A stretch of 64,000 bases of DNA from a bacterium (GTDB lineage Bacteria > Lindowbacteria > 2-12-FULL-62-27), in NCBI GenBank assembly GCA_016202645.1, contig JACQOF010000127.1, forward strand, positions 3,781 through 67,780. The letters run 5' to 3'. The notes beneath the pieces were generated by a model. The model searched no databases and was not told where the DNA came from. It was given only the letters and a program-made list of their open reading frames with translations. Below, one piece after another: positions 18,773 through 30,283 of this stretch (its first letter is position 1; every line of letters starts with the position of its first letter). The position numbers and the translations under genes were made by a program.

Positions 18773-20077
18773 TCAGGCTCCCGGCCGGGTGAACTCCATT
18801 TTGATTTTGGATATTTTCTTTTCGTCCGATACCACGACGGTGAACTTGAGGTCGTTCAGCGTGATGACGCTGCCCTTCGGCGGGATGGCGCCCGCGCGCT
18901 CGACGAGGTACCCGCCGAGGCTGTTGGCCATCCGGCTTTTGAGCGTGACGGAAAATTTTTCATTGAACTCCTGCAGGGGCAGGGCGGCGTCGATCACGTA
19001 GGACCCGTCCGACAGGTGCGCGATCTTGTCCATTTCTCCCTCATCCGTCTCGTCCCGGATCTCCCCGACAATCTCCTCGATGATGTCCTCGATGGTGATG
19101 ATCCCCGACACGCCCCCGTACTCGTCGACGACGATGGCCATGTGCGTCCGCTGGCGCTTGAAATCCTGCAGGAGGAGGTTGACCTTTTTGGCGGCGGGCA
19201 CGAAGAGGGGTTTGCGGAGGTGTTTGCGGAGATCGACGCTCACGGCGCCCGACCGCCAGAGATCGAGGAGATCCTTGGCGTAGAGAATGCCGAGGACGTT
19301 GTCGAGGCTTTCCTCGTAAACCGGCAGGCGCGTGAACCCGGACTCGGAGATGGCGGCGAGGACCTGGGGCAGACTGCTGGTAACTTCGACCGAAACGACG
19401 TCAACCCGCGGGATCATGATCTGCCGCACGAGGGTGTCGTCGAACGCGAAGATGCTGTGAAGCATTTCCAATTCGTGTTTTTCGATGAGGCCCTCCCGGG
19501 AGGAAACCTTCATGAGATTTTTCAGCTCGGCTTCGGTGATGAACGGCGTTTCCTGGATGCGCTTGCCGCCGATGGCGCGGATGAGGAGGTTGGAAACGAA
19601 CGTGAATCCCCGCACGATGATCCGCAGAATACGCGACATGCGGTAGATCACCCCGATGACCATCTGCGCGATCCCCTCGTAATGCTGTTTGGCGAAGGTC
19701 TTGGGCGTGATCTCGGCGAAGACCAGCAGGACAAAGGTCATGACGCCGGTCGACAGGCCGACGATGCGGCCGGCCGACTGCGCCCAGCCGAAATGGTTGA
19801 GAAGATCGATGGTGAGAATGGTGGCGAGGGACGACGCGGAGATGTTGACGACGTTGTTTCCGATGAGCAGAGTCACCAGGTATCGTTCCGGGTGTTCGAA
19901 CCATTCCGTGTAATATTTTTTCCGGTCTGTCTTCTCCCGCTCGATGATTTCCTTCAATTTCAGCTTCCCGAGCGACGTCACGGCCGTTTCGGCGGCGGAG
20001 AAAAACGCGGAGAGCGCGACCAGCGCGGCGAGGATGAAGAGCTCGATCCAGAATTCGATCCAGAAACGTTCGGTCAT
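18773..20077 (-). CDS. CNNM/hemolysin-family (DUF21-CBS-CorC) transporter
   Basis: SAFFSAAETA, TLLIGNNVVNI, EITPK, IMIPR, AIVVDEYGGVSGIITIEDIIEEIVGEI; start ATG 20077. Confidence 0.93.
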   Translation of the reverse strand: MTERFWIEFWIELFILAALVALSAFFSAAETAVTSLGKLKLKEIIEREKTDRKKYYTEWFEHPERYLVTLLIGNNVVNISASSLATILTIDLLNHFGWAQSAGRIVGLSTGVMTFVLLVFAEITPKTFAKQHYEGIAQMVIGVIYRMSRILRIIVRGFTFVSNLLIRAIGGKRIQETPFITEAELKNLMKVSSREGLIEKHELEMLHSIFAFDDTLVRQIMIPRVDVVSVEVTSSLPQVLAAISESGFTRLPVYEESLDNVLGILYAKDLLDLWRSGAVSVDLRKHLRKPLFVPAAKKVNLLLQDFKRQRTHMAIVVDEYGGVSGIITIEDIIEEIVGEIRDETDEGEMDKIAHLSDGSYVIDAALPLQEFNEKFSVTLKSRMANSLGGYLVERAGAIPPKGSVITLNDLKFTVVVSDEKKISKIKMEFTRPGA

Positions 20078-20568
20078 TCTGCTTCGCCTTCTGCTCCGCC
20101 GGGAGTACGCTTGCGCTTTTGAGGGCTTCGCAGAATGGAAGTCACTTTGCGCGACATGGCGCGGCGGCCGGCCGGCGTGTGATCCTCCATGCCGAGGGTG
20201 TGGAGGAGGCCGTGGAGGACGAGGATCGCCAGTTCCTTCGCGGGGCTGTGGCCCAGATGCCGGGCCTGCCGGCGGGCGATGTCCCAGCAGACGATGACGT
20301 CTCCGAGGAGAAGTTCCGTATCGGCTCCGGATTTCCGCCGGAGGGCCAGTTCCCGCGGCGTCGACTGCGGGACCGCAATCACGTCGGTCGGTTCGGCCCG
20401 CCCGAAAAACCGGCGATTGGCCGAGACCATGGCCGGCTCGTCCACGACCAGCACTGAAAGTTCCGCGTGTTTCAAATCCAGCCTTGCCAGCGCGCGCTCG
20501 ACGGTCCGGCAAAGCCGCCGGCGCGAAAAGCCCCGCTCGGCGGACCGCAGGATGGCCGGCATCGTCAC
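20074..20568 (-). CDS. ybeY: rRNA maturation endoribonuclease YbeY
   Basis: PTDVIA, LLGDVIV, HGLLHTLGMEDH. Confidence 0.92.
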   Translation of the reverse strand: MTMPAILRSAERGFSRRRLCRTVERALARLDLKHAELSVLVVDEPAMVSANRRFFGRAEPTDVIAVPQSTPRELALRRKSGADTELLLGDVIVCWDIARRQARHLGHSPAKELAILVLHGLLHTLGMEDHTPAGRRAMSRKVTSILRSPQKRKRTPGGAEGEAE

Positions 20569-22808
20569 GATCCGTTCTCTTCCTTGCGGCCCTTTTCCTT
20601 CTTCTTCAGTTCATCGTCCGTCGGATAGGCGACGCGCGTGTGGTACATGCTGGTCAGAACGCCCGTGAAGGCTTCCTCCACTTTTCTCAGGTCCTTGAGG
20701 GTGATGGGCGATTCGTCCAGCTCTCCGTCCGAGACCTTGATCTGGATCAGCCGTCGGACTTCCTCCTCGATCCGGTGCGGGGTCGGGTTGTTCAGGGACC
20801 GGACGGCGGCCTCGACGGTGTCGGCGAGCATGACGACGGCGGTTTCCTTGTAGCGGGGTTTCGGCCCGGGATACATGAAACTTTCCCGCTCGATCGTCTC
20901 GTCCTCGCCCGCATGGGAGAGGGCCAGATCGTAGATCGATTTCATCAGAGATTTGCCGTGGTGCTGTTCGATGAAATCGATGATGATCCGCGGCAGGCGC
21001 GCCTCCTTCGCCAGCTCCACCCCGAGTTTGACGTGAGACTTGAGGACCGACGCGTAGAGGGTCGGCTTGATCTCCTTCGTCTCCTTCCCGATGATCTCCC
21101 CCTTCTCGTCGATGATGTATTTCTGGTTTTCGGTGAAGTATTCGGCCTTTTTCATCTTGCCGATGTCATGGTAGTAGCTTCCGACACGCGCCAGAAGAGA
21201 ATTCGCGCCGATGGATTCACAGGCCGCCTCGGCCAGGATCGAAACGGTCTGGCTGTGCTGGTAGCTTCCGGGCGCCTCGAGAAGCATCTGCCGGAGAAGC
21301 GGGTGATTCAAATCCGACAGTTCGAGGATCTTGAAATCCGAAGGGAGGCCGAAGAGGATCGGGATGAAGTGGACGAGGCCAAAAGTCAGAAAGGGAACGA
21401 GGATGAGGCCGGAGATGCCCCCGGCGGCGGCGGAGTAGAGGACTTCGCGCGTGACGTTCGAATCGATCATGACAAAATGCGACGCGAGAACCGCGATGGG
21501 CGAAATCAGCCCGAGAAAAAGGCCGGTCTTGACGATGTCTCCCATGGTCCGGGTGTGGCGGACGACAAAGACGGAAGCGACGCAGGTGATGGTGAGGACC
21601 AGCATGAGCTGAAAATGACTTCCGTACAGGAGCGCGATGGCGACCGCCAGGAATGGAGAGGATAGCATCGCGACTCTCGGGCGGTAAAAAATCGTCACCA
21701 GCATCGCGTAGGCCGGGGCCGGTATGGCGAAGGCGAACGCGGCGCGGCTGTCGGTCAGCGTCCAGAGGACCCGGGCGATGCCCAGCATCAGGACAAAGAG
21801 CGTGACGATGAACCACATCCAGCCGGTGTCCTTCAGCCGGTCCGGCTGGTAGATCCGCAGGTACTGCAGTAAAAGAAGCGTGAGGAGGCTCAAAATAGCG
21901 AAGGCCGAAAGGCCCGTCGCCGTGAGGCGCGTCCGGTCGGCCTGCTGCATTTCGCGGATGGCGACCAGATGCGATTCGGTCACGGTCTGACCCTCCCGCA
22001 GAATCAGGTCGCCCGTCTGATATTCGCGCCAGATCGGGCCGATGTCCGCAAGCGCCTTCTGGCTTTCAATCCGAAAATGCTCGACGTCGAAAAATTGATT
22101 GGGTCTGGCGACCTTCAAGACCACCGCCGTCAGAATCGGCGTGCCCCGGACGTTCGGGTAAATGGCGTCGATCGACGTGTTCAGATAACCGCTCAGGCTC
22201 TTCAAGTCCAGAAGCTCCGGCGCGCCGCGGACCCGCTTCAGCGAGGCGGGTCCGGCCTCGTTGATGTAGCGGATTTCATGCTGGGGATGGCGGTGGATGT
22301 CCATCTGCAGGGCGGTGGCGGCTTCCTGAAGAAGTCCCTTCTCGCTCAAAAATTCATGGATGAGGGAGCGGATCGCCTTGCGAAGCTCGGCCCAGTCCGG
22401 ATCGGTCAGATGCAGGGACTCCTTTTCCACGTTCTCGTCGGCCCACGCCGGAACTTGCGCCGGAAGGCCGGACGACGTGATCCGTGCGGATTCCTTCAAG
22501 TCCTCCAACATCCGCGACGCCTCCTCCTGCGCCTTTTTCTCCACAGCCCGGTCCCGCATAAACCGGGGAGGGACCGAGAGGACCCGCGCCGTCTTGACGG
22601 CGCCTTCCTCCTCGAAATTTCTCACCTGAAACGCATGCCGCGCGACGACCTTTCCGGGCGAGGGAGAACCAACCATGAGCTGGTAGCGGGTGAGGTCGAA
22701 GAGAGGCGTGACGAGGAGGGTGGAAACCAGGACGAAGAGAAAACCGGCCGTCCCGAAATAAATTTTCCGGCGGATGGATTTCCGGGGCGCCATCGAAAGG
22801 TCAGCCAC
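20565..22808 (-). CDS. 7TM-HD phosphohydrolase (PgpH-like c-di-AMP phosphodiesterase family)
   Basis: Extracellular domain, 7 TMs, [40 protein letters not shown]; lies between phoH and ybeY. Confidence 0.9.
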   Translation of the reverse strand: MADLSMAPRKSIRRKIYFGTAGFLFVLVSTLLVTPLFDLTRYQLMVGSPSPGKVVARHAFQVRNFEEEGAVKTARVLSVPPRFMRDRAVEKKAQEEASRMLEDLKESARITSSGLPAQVPAWADENVEKESLHLTDPDWAELRKAIRSLIHEFLSEKGLLQEAATALQMDIHRHPQHEIRYINEAGPASLKRVRGAPELLDLKSLSGYLNTSIDAIYPNVRGTPILTAVVLKVARPNQFFDVEHFRIESQKALADIGPIWREYQTGDLILREGQTVTESHLVAIREMQQADRTRLTATGLSAFAILSLLTLLLLQYLRIYQPDRLKDTGWMWFIVTLFVLMLGIARVLWTLTDSRAAFAFAIPAPAYAMLVTIFYRPRVAMLSSPFLAVAIALLYGSHFQLMLVLTITCVASVFVVRHTRTMGDIVKTGLFLGLISPIAVLASHFVMIDSNVTREVLYSAAAGGISGLILVPFLTFGLVHFIPILFGLPSDFKILELSDLNHPLLRQMLLEAPGSYQHSQTVSILAEAACESIGANSLLARVGSYYHDIGKMKKAEYFTENQKYIIDEKGEIIGKETKEIKPTLYASVLKSHVKLGVELAKEARLPRIIIDFIEQHHGKSLMKSIYDLALSHAGEDETIERESFMYPGPKPRYKETAVVMLADTVEAAVRSLNNPTPHRIEEEVRRLIQIKVSDGELDESPITLKDLRKVEEAFTGVLTSMYHTRVAYPTDDELKKKEKGRKEENGS

Positions 22809-23796
22809 GCCGGGCCGGCCTTTCCGTCTTTTGGTTCCGCGGCGATCCGACGCCGTCGAACGCGCGCAGGATCCGGGTGACCAGTCGGTGCCGGATGACG
22901 TCGACGTGATCGAACCCGCAGATCGCGATGCCGTCGACTTTTTTCAGGCGGCGCGCGGCCTCGACCAGCCCGGAAGACACGCCAGGCGGCAGGTCGGTCT
23001 GCGTGACGTCTCCGGTGACGACGATCCGGGCGTCGGCGCCCATCCGGGTGAGGAACATGAGCATCTGCGGGGGCGTGGTGTTCTGCGCTTCGTCGAGAAT
23101 CACAAAGGCGTCGTTGAAGGTCCGGCCGCGCATGTAGGCGAGGGGCGCCATTTCGATGATTTGTTTTTCGAGAAGGGCCATGAACTTTTCGGGCGTGAGC
23201 TGGTCGAACATCGCGTCAAAGAGGGGCCTCAGATAGGGATTTATTTTTTCCTGATAGCCGCCGGGCAGATACCCGAGCCGCTCGCCGGCCTCGACGACGG
23301 GCCGCGTGAGGATGATGCGCTTGACTTTGCCCTCCCGCAAAAATTCCAGCGCCGTCGCGACCGCAAGGTAGGTTTTGCCGGTGCCGGCCGGGCCGATCGC
23401 AAGCGTGAGGTCATGGCGACGGATGGCTTCGACGTAGGCTTTCTGGTTCCGGGTCTTGGGCTGGATGAGCTTGCCGGTGATCGTGATGCCGACCTTGTCC
23501 TCCGGCCCGACCCCTCCGGCCAGCGCGCGGACGTCGTCCTGGGAAAAGGAGCGGCCGCGCGCGGCGTCTCTCATCATTTTTTTCAACACGTCGCGGGCGC
23601 GGTCGGACTGTTCCGTCGAGGCCGCGTCGATTTGAAAGCCGCCGGGGACCGAGCGGAGGCGGACGCCGAAGAGTTCCTCAACGAGCGTCAGATTCCGGCC
23701 GAGAGGGCCGGTCGCCCGCTGAAGGATCGGGACGATTTCCGGGCTGTCCTCCGGGACGCCGGCGTCGGCAAGCGTCACGGAAACGGCGGACTTCAT
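22801..23796 (-). CDS. phoH: PhoH family ATPase
   Basis: [41 protein letters not shown]. Confidence 0.95.
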   Translation of the reverse strand: MKSAVSVTLADAGVPEDSPEIVPILQRATGPLGRNLTLVEELFGVRLRSVPGGFQIDAASTEQSDRARDVLKKMMRDAARGRSFSQDDVRALAGGVGPEDKVGITITGKLIQPKTRNQKAYVEAIRRHDLTLAIGPAGTGKTYLAVATALEFLREGKVKRIILTRPVVEAGERLGYLPGGYQEKINPYLRPLFDAMFDQLTPEKFMALLEKQIIEMAPLAYMRGRTFNDAFVILDEAQNTTPPQMLMFLTRMGADARIVVTGDVTQTDLPPGVSSGLVEAARRLKKVDGIAICGFDHVDVIRHRLVTRILRAFDGVGSPRNQKTERPARRG

Positions 23797-25562
23797 CCGT
23801 CCGATTTCTTCGTCTCGCGCAAACGGATTCCCAGCTCGCGCAGCTGGAGGTCTTCCACGGGGCTCGGCGCGTCAAAGCACAGGTCCGCGCCGCGCTGGTT
23901 CTTGGGAAACGCGATGACCTCCCGGATCGACTCGGCGCCCAGCATCAACATCAGGATCCGGTCGAGGCCAAGCGCCACCCCGCCGTGCGGCGGAGCGCCG
24001 AAGGAAAGCGCCTGGAGCAGAAACCCGAATTTTTGCCCGACTTCCTCGCGCTTGAGCCCCAGCGCGTCGAAAACTTCCTCCTGCCAGTCGACCCGGTGGT
24101 TCCGAATACTGCCGCCGCCGATTTCGGTTCCGTTGAGGACAATATCGTACGCTTGGGCCTTCACCTTGAGCGGGTCGGTCCGGATCAGGTCCCGGGTCTC
24201 GGCGGTGGCGGCCGTGAAGGGATGGTGGACGGCGACACAGCGTTTTGCCTCGTCATCGTACTCGAAGAGCGGGAAATCGATCACCCACACGAACGCGTTT
24301 TTGCCGCCAATCAACTTGAGTTTCTCGGCGAGGACGCCCCGAAGATGCGCGAGGACCTGATTGGCGGCGGCGGCCGGTTCGGCGACGAAACCGACCACGT
24401 CCCCCTCCTCCGCAGCCATCCGTCCGTGGATTTTCGCCAGAAGGCCCTCGTCGAAATATTTGGCGATATTCGACGCGAGTTTTCCCTCGGTAATTTTGAA
24501 ATAGGCGAATCCGCCGGCTCCCGCTTTCTGGGTTTCCGCCACAAGTTCGTCCAGTTCCTTCCGGCTGAATTTCCCGCCTCCCGGGATCCGGATGCCCTTG
24601 ACGATGCCGCCGGACTCGATGGCCCGGAGAAACACGCCGAACTGACTCGCTTTGGCGAGATCGGTAATCTCCGTCAGCGGAAGATCGTATCGCAGATCCG
24701 GCTTGTCGGAGCCGTATCGCGCAATCGCCTCGGCGTGGCTCAGGGTCGGAATGGGCGTCGGCACTTCAACGTCCTGGCACTCGCGGTAGAGCCGCACGAG
24801 CAGGCGGCTCACGACGTCCATCACGTCTTCTCTCTCGACGAAGGACATCTCGACGTCGACCTGCGTGAATTCCGGCTGGCGGTCGGCCCGAAGGTCCTCG
24901 TCGCGGAAACACCGGGCGATTTGAAAATAGCGGTCATACCCGGCGACCATGAGGAGTTGTTTGAAGAGCTGGGGAGACTGGGGCAGGGCGTAGAAATTTC
25001 CGGGCAGGAGGCGCGACGGCACGAGGAAATCCCGGGCGCCTTCGGGAGTGCTCTTGGTGAGAAAGGGCGTTTCGATTTCAAGAAAATCATTTTCAACAAG
25101 AAAATTCCGGATGAGGGCGGTCGCTTTCGAGCGAAACGCCAGACTGTTTTGCATGAGCGGGCGGCGGAGGTCCAGGAAGCGGTGTTTGAGACGGACTTCC
25201 TCGTTCAGATGCCCGTGCGAGATCTGGAACGGCAGGGCGCGCGATTGGTTGAGGACCTCGAGCGTGCGGGCCGCCACCTCGATCTCGCCGGTGGGAAGAT
25301 TGGGATTGACCGTTTCCGGCGAGCGGGCCACGACTTCGCCGGACGCCTCGATCACCCACTCTGAGCGGACGGCCGCGGCCTCCGCGTGGATTTTGGGATC
25401 CCGCGCCGGATCGAAGACCAGCTGGAGAAGACCGGTCCGGTCGCGAAGGTCGATGAATATCAGTCCGCCGTGGTCACGGACGCTTTCGACCCAGCCCGAA
25501 ACCGTTATCGTCCGGCCGAGATCCGTTTTCCGGAACGTGCCGGCGTAACCGGTCCGCTTCAT
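23793..25562 (-). CDS. aspS: Aspartate-tRNA ligase
   Basis: RDHGGLIFIDLRD, LPQSPQLFKQ, FRDEDLRADRQPEF, GGGSIR, PPHGG. Confidence 0.98.
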   Translation of the reverse strand: MKRTGYAGTFRKTDLGRTITVSGWVESVRDHGGLIFIDLRDRTGLLQLVFDPARDPKIHAEAAAVRSEWVIEASGEVVARSPETVNPNLPTGEIEVAARTLEVLNQSRALPFQISHGHLNEEVRLKHRFLDLRRPLMQNSLAFRSKATALIRNFLVENDFLEIETPFLTKSTPEGARDFLVPSRLLPGNFYALPQSPQLFKQLLMVAGYDRYFQIARCFRDEDLRADRQPEFTQVDVEMSFVEREDVMDVVSRLLVRLYRECQDVEVPTPIPTLSHAEAIARYGSDKPDLRYDLPLTEITDLAKASQFGVFLRAIESGGIVKGIRIPGGGKFSRKELDELVAETQKAGAGGFAYFKITEGKLASNIAKYFDEGLLAKIHGRMAAEEGDVVGFVAEPAAAANQVLAHLRGVLAEKLKLIGGKNAFVWVIDFPLFEYDDEAKRCVAVHHPFTAATAETRDLIRTDPLKVKAQAYDIVLNGTEIGGGSIRNHRVDWQEEVFDALGLKREEVGQKFGFLLQALSFGAPPHGGVALGLDRILMLMLGAESIREVIAFPKNQRGADLCFDAPSPVEDLQLRELGIRLRETKKSDG

Positions 25563-26842
25563 GACCGGGGCACACCCATGGTTTCGAGCAGACGGGGCAG
25601 GTCCGGCTCGGCGATCTCGACCTGCTCGCCGCTTGACATATTCTTGACCGACACACAGCCCTTCTCAGATTCTGCCTCGCCCAAGATCACGACGGCGCGC
25701 GCGCCCGATTTGTCCGCGGCGCGAAACTGGCTCTTGAAACTTTTACCGTCGAGGAGAGGCAAAACCGAGGAGAACCCCTCGGACCGGAGACGCTCAGTGA
25801 GGCGGAAGGCTTTCCGCCGGAGTTCCGGCGAGTCGGCGGAGACGAGGTAGACATCTCCGGCGGAGACCTGCGCGTCAGATGCGGGCGCATTCAGTTTCAG
25901 AAGTTCGATCAAGCGTTCGATCCCCCCCGCGAATCCCGTCGCGGGCACGTCCGGGCCGCCGAGGGACTTGACGAGACCGTCGTACCGGCCGCCGGCGATG
26001 ACGGCGTCCTGGGCGCCGAGATCCGACGTGACGAATTCGAAAACGGTCCGGACGTAATAGTCGAGCCCCCGAACGAGACGGTCCGCGGCCGCGAACGCGA
26101 TGCCGGCGTCGGCGAGCAGTTCCTTCAGGGTTTCGTCATGCCGCCGGCAGGCGTCGCAGAGCGTCGAGGATATTTTCGGCGATTCTTCGTAGGTTTTGGC
26201 GCAGGCCTCGCGCTTGCAGTCCAGACACCGGAGGGGGTTGGCGTCGATCCGGCCGCGGCAGTCCTCGCAGAGTTCGGCCGAACGCGCGCGCAGAAAGGAT
26301 TGGAGTTTCTCCATGTAGGCGGGGCGGCAGGCGGGACAGCCGACGCTGTTGAGGAGAAGCCGCGTGCGGGACTCGATGCCGAGCTTCGCGAGGAGCGACC
26401 GGCCGACGGCGATGACCTCGGCGTCGGCGGCGGCGGACGCGGCGCCGAAATATTCTATCCCGAATTGATGGAACTGCCGGTATCGCCCGGCCTGGGGACG
26501 GTCATAGCGAAACATGGGGCCGAGATAAAAAACTTTGAGGGTATCGGTGATCTGGATTTTTTCCTCGATGAGAAACCGCACGACCGGCGCCGTGCCTTCC
26601 GGTCGGAGACTCAGGCTCCGGCCTTTGCGGTCCGCGAAGGTGTACATCTCCTTCGAGACGATGTCGGTTTCCTCGCCGATGGAGCGCGTGAAGAGAGACG
26701 TTTCCTCGAAAATGGGCGTACGGACCTGCCGGATGCCGTAGCGCCGAAAGGCGGCGAGGGCGGCGGACTCGACCCGGGCGAAGAGCGCCTCGTCCGCGCC
26801 GAAAAAATCCCGCGTCCCGCGGACTTTCTGAATTAACGACAG
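25559..26842 (-). CDS. hisS: Histidine-tRNA ligase; probable CTG start
   Basis: [41 protein letters not shown]; no ATG/GTG/TTG near the expected N-terminus. Confidence 0.95.
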   Translation of the reverse strand: MSLIQKVRGTRDFFGADEALFARVESAALAAFRRYGIRQVRTPIFEETSLFTRSIGEETDIVSKEMYTFADRKGRSLSLRPEGTAPVVRFLIEEKIQITDTLKVFYLGPMFRYDRPQAGRYRQFHQFGIEYFGAASAAADAEVIAVGRSLLAKLGIESRTRLLLNSVGCPACRPAYMEKLQSFLRARSAELCEDCRGRIDANPLRCLDCKREACAKTYEESPKISSTLCDACRRHDETLKELLADAGIAFAAADRLVRGLDYYVRTVFEFVTSDLGAQDAVIAGGRYDGLVKSLGGPDVPATGFAGGIERLIELLKLNAPASDAQVSAGDVYLVSADSPELRRKAFRLTERLRSEGFSSVLPLLDGKSFKSQFRAADKSGARAVVILGEAESEKGCVSVKNMSSGEQVEIAEPDLPRLLETMGVPRS

Positions 26843-27984
26843 AGTCGCGCCAGGGCGGCGGCTTTGTCCGTCTTTTCCCACGTGAATTCCGGCAGGGCGC
26901 GGCCGAAATGCCCGTAGGCGGCGGTCTTGTAGTAGATGGGCCGTCGGAGATTGAGCATGTCCATGATCCCGCGCGGCGTGAGGTCGAAGACCTTGCGGAT
27001 TGCCTTCGCGATCCGGTCGTCCGAAACAACTCCCGTGCCGAATGTCTGGACCATGACGCTGACCGGTTCCGCGACCCCGATGGCATACGCGACCTGGACT
27101 TCGCATTCCTCCGCCAGTTTGGACGCCACAACGTTTTTCGCGATGTACCGGGCGGCGTAACAGGCCGAGCGGTCGACCTTCGTCGGGTCCTTGCCGGAAA
27201 ACGCGCCGCCGCCATGCCGGCCAAGGCCCCCGTACGTGTCGACGATGATCTTGCGGCCGGTCAGGCCCGCATCGCCCTGGGGGCCGCCGACGACAAACCG
27301 GCCCGTGGGATTGACATAGATTTTCGTGCGGCTGTCCATGAGATTCGCCGGAATGACCTTGCGGATCACCTTCTTGATCAGGATCGGGCGGATCCGCTGA
27401 ACGGTCGAATCGGCGCTGTGCTGGGTCGAGATAACAACCGCCTGGACGCGGCGGGGGCGGCCCCGCACGTACTCGACGGTCACCTGGGATTTTCCGTCCG
27501 GCCGGAGAAAATCGACTTCGCCGCGTTTGCGGATTTTCGTCAGCTGTTCGCAGAGCCGGTGGGCGAGGGTGATCGGAAGCGGCATGAGCTGGGGCGTCTC
27601 GTTGACCGCATAACCGAACATCAGCCCCTGGTCTCCGGCGCCGCCGGTGTCGACGCCCATCGCGATATCGGGCGACTGCTGTTGGACGGCGACGAGGACG
27701 GAACAGGTCTCGGCGTCGAATCCGAACTTGGCGCGGTTGTACCCGATATCAGCAACGGTGTCGCGGACGATTTTCTGGTAGTTCAACTGGGCCTTCGTCG
27801 TGATCTCGCCGGCCAGAACCACCATGCCGGTTTTCAGAAGCGACTCGCAGGCCACCCGCGAAAATTTGTCCTTCCTCAAGCACTCGTCCAAAATCGCGTC
27901 GGAAATCTTGTCGGCCATCTTGTCCGGATGGCCCTCCGTGACAGACTCCGACGTAAACACAAAACTCCGGTTAAAATGCGGCAT
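26833..27984 (-). CDS. metK: S-adenosylmethionine synthetase
   Basis: [27 protein letters not shown]; GAGGAGG RBS before ATG 27984. Confidence 0.98.
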   Translation of the reverse strand: MPHFNRSFVFTSESVTEGHPDKMADKISDAILDECLRKDKFSRVACESLLKTGMVVLAGEITTKAQLNYQKIVRDTVADIGYNRAKFGFDAETCSVLVAVQQQSPDIAMGVDTGGAGDQGLMFGYAVNETPQLMPLPITLAHRLCEQLTKIRKRGEVDFLRPDGKSQVTVEYVRGRPRRVQAVVISTQHSADSTVQRIRPILIKKVIRKVIPANLMDSRTKIYVNPTGRFVVGGPQGDAGLTGRKIIVDTYGGLGRHGGGAFSGKDPTKVDRSACYAARYIAKNVVASKLAEECEVQVAYAIGVAEPVSVMVQTFGTGVVSDDRIAKAIRKVFDLTPRGIMDMLNLRRPIYYKTAAYGHFGRALPEFTWEKTDKAAALARLCR

Positions 27985-28069
27985 ACCTGATGTGTCCTCC
28001 TCAGTCGTGATCAGTTTCCCACTCCCGGCCCGGGCCAAAGGCGGCCTCAGGGCAAGAACCCCTCTTGTA

Positions 28070-28993
28070 TCACAGGGAGGTTGCCTCTTCAAGAACTTCC
28101 CAGACACCATCCGCTGAAATTTCTCCCATAGCGCCTGCCCTCACGATCCGCCGCCGCTCCGTGTACGGGCCGACCTTTTCCGGATCCGTGGGCCCGAACA
28201 GCGCCACGACTGGGACGCCCAGCGCGGCGGCCAGGTGCATCGGGGCGCTGTCGACGGTGATGCAGGCTTTGGAGGCGGCGAGAACCGCGCACAGGACCGG
28301 AAGGCTCGTGCGGTTGATGAGGTCGACCCACGGGGCGGTACGCCACGATTCAGGGCGGCATCCATCGGACTCTCCGAGCCGGCCGACCACGACAACCCGT
28401 TTTGCGGCGCGGCGCGCGCGATCCGCCAATTCGACCCACCTCTCCGGCGGCCAAAGTTTTCGGGCCTGCCGGGATGTCGGCGAAAAAACGAGATACGCGC
28501 CTTCACCGGTCAGCGCCCGCGCCTCGCGAACCGACGCGGCCGGAATGTTCAGGGGGAAGACCTTTCCCGATGCCGCAACACTGAGGGAAGACAGCACGGA
28601 CCAGTACCTGTCCACAGCGTGCCGCGTTCCTTCAGGATAACGAGCCACGACGTTGTAAAAAAACATGGAGCCTTCCCGGGAATCGGGAAGGCCGACGCGC
28701 GTGTCCGTCCGGGCGAACGCCGCCGCCAACCCGGACCGCAGGAGTCCCTGAAGATCGATGACGGCATCGTAATCGCGCGCACGCAGATCGCGGACGAAGT
28801 GCGGCACGTCCGTCCACGCAGATGGGAAGTCCAGTACCGTGAATACGGACGGCGACATCTCAAGAAGCGGGCGATACTCCCGGCGCGACGAGAAGTGCAC
28901 TTCGAACCCGTCCGACGCCAGGGCCGCCGCGACCGGCAGGGAATGGACGATATCGCCGAGCGAACTCGGCTTGAGGATCAGCGCCCGAGGCAC
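28070..28993 (-). CDS. Glycosyltransferase family 9 (heptosyltransferase I, WaaC-like)
   Basis: [36 protein letters not shown]; GTG 28993. Confidence 0.9.
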   Translation of the reverse strand: MPRALILKPSSLGDIVHSLPVAAALASDGFEVHFSSRREYRPLLEMSPSVFTVLDFPSAWTDVPHFVRDLRARDYDAVIDLQGLLRSGLAAAFARTDTRVGLPDSREGSMFFYNVVARYPEGTRHAVDRYWSVLSSLSVAASGKVFPLNIPAASVREARALTGEGAYLVFSPTSRQARKLWPPERWVELADRARRAAKRVVVVGRLGESDGCRPESWRTAPWVDLINRTSLPVLCAVLAASKACITVDSAPMHLAAALGVPVVALFGPTDPEKVGPYTERRRIVRAGAMGEISADGVWEVLEEATSL

Positions 28994-30123
28994 GAGAGGA
29001 TTTCCTGGGCGTTGCGCTCGATCGTCAGATGAGCTGTTTTTTCCCGGAGGCGGCGGCCCATTTCCGGCAGGTCGGCGGCAAAGGCGGCCCTGAGAAGGCG
29101 CGTGAGGCCGGCAATGTCGTCCGAGCGGTTCAGAACAAATCCCTCGCCGTCGCCAATCCATTCCGAAAACCCGTTCCGCTTCGTCGTGATCACCGGCAAA
29201 CCGGCGCGCGCGGCTTCGAGGCATACCCGGGCCAATGGATCGTAGCGCGTGGGCAGAACAAAACAATCCGCCGCCGGGAAAACGTCCGGCATCTTCACAG
29301 GCCCCAGAAATCGGACGGCGGCGGTCAAGCCCAGCCGGTCAACGACCAACTGGGACCCGCAAACGTCCCCGCGGCCGGCGACCAGCAGAGTGATGGGACG
29401 GCCGGCGTCAGAGACGCCGGCACTTGGGGCGCCGGAGGCACTGACCCGCCCGGTGTCGCCGACTCTGGCCAGGGCCAGCGCGTGGAGGAGCGTGTTTAAA
29501 CCCTTGCGTTCGAAATTATGTCCGGCAAAGAGGCAGACCCGGTCGGCCGGCGGAACCGCGAGGCGCGCGCGCGCGTCTTCACGGGTGATCATCGGCGAGG
29601 TTTCGGACGGTAATCCCGTATAGACAACCTGAATGCGGTCGTCCCGGACTCCGTACTCGGACCTGATTTCATCGGCGACCATTTTTGAGTTCGCGAAGAC
29701 CATCCGGAGGCCCGGATGCGTGAAGGCGCCATGTTCGAGGGAAAGCAGGACCCGGTGTTTGATCGAGAATTTCGCGGCAAGCGTTGATCCCATGGACGCC
29801 AGATAGGCCCGGTGACTGCCGTCCCCGGCGCGGATGTACGGCGCACCCGGAATGCGGTCGAAGGCAATAAGTCTCAGGCTCGGATCGGAGGAAAGGCGCC
29901 GCCGGACGGCGCGGGCGAATGAGACGACGCCGCCAATGTTGGTCGGCCATGCCGGCGCGCGGTGAACCGCGAACCCGGCACCAGCCGTCGCCGGGTCCAC
30001 CTCCTGCGCCAGAAGTGAAACGCTCGCGCCTTCCAAGCGAAGCGCCCCCGCGAGCATCGCGACGTAGCCTTCCGCGCCGCCGAAAGTCTCACCGATGCGT
30101 TGCCGGGCGAGAAGAAGTTTCAA
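28978..30123 (-). CDS. Glycosyltransferase family 4 (WaaG-like)
   Basis: GGAE, RAGDG, NSKMV, FERKG, PTRYDP...LEA. Confidence 0.88.
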   Translation of the reverse strand: MKLLLARQRIGETFGGAEGYVAMLAGALRLEGASVSLLAQEVDPATAGAGFAVHRAPAWPTNIGGVVSFARAVRRRLSSDPSLRLIAFDRIPGAPYIRAGDGSHRAYLASMGSTLAAKFSIKHRVLLSLEHGAFTHPGLRMVFANSKMVADEIRSEYGVRDDRIQVVYTGLPSETSPMITREDARARLAVPPADRVCLFAGHNFERKGLNTLLHALALARVGDTGRVSASGAPSAGVSDAGRPITLLVAGRGDVCGSQLVVDRLGLTAAVRFLGPVKMPDVFPAADCFVLPTRYDPLARVCLEAARAGLPVITTKRNGFSEWIGDGEGFVLNRSDDIAGLTRLLRAAFAADLPEMGRRLREKTAHLTIERNAQEILSCLGR

Positions 30124-30128
30124 GCGAA

Positions 30129-30283
30129 CTGGTGTAGTGTCCCAGAAGTCTCTTTACATTTGTCATTCCCGCGAAAGCGGGAATCCAGGCAGTAGCTGAA
30201 TCGGATACGGCTGCCTGGACCCCCGCTTTCGCGGGGGTGACGGGCTTTGCAAATGTAAAGAAGCGTTGGATACACCACACTAG
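30129..30283. mobile_element. MITE with CT(A/G)GTGT-type long TIRs enclosing the same REP-like double hairpin
   Basis: CTGGTGTAGTGTCCCA...CTTTACATTTG / CAAATGTAAAG...TGGATACACCACACTAG imperfect TIRs; right end is the CTAG of the rmuC stop. Confidence 0.7.
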
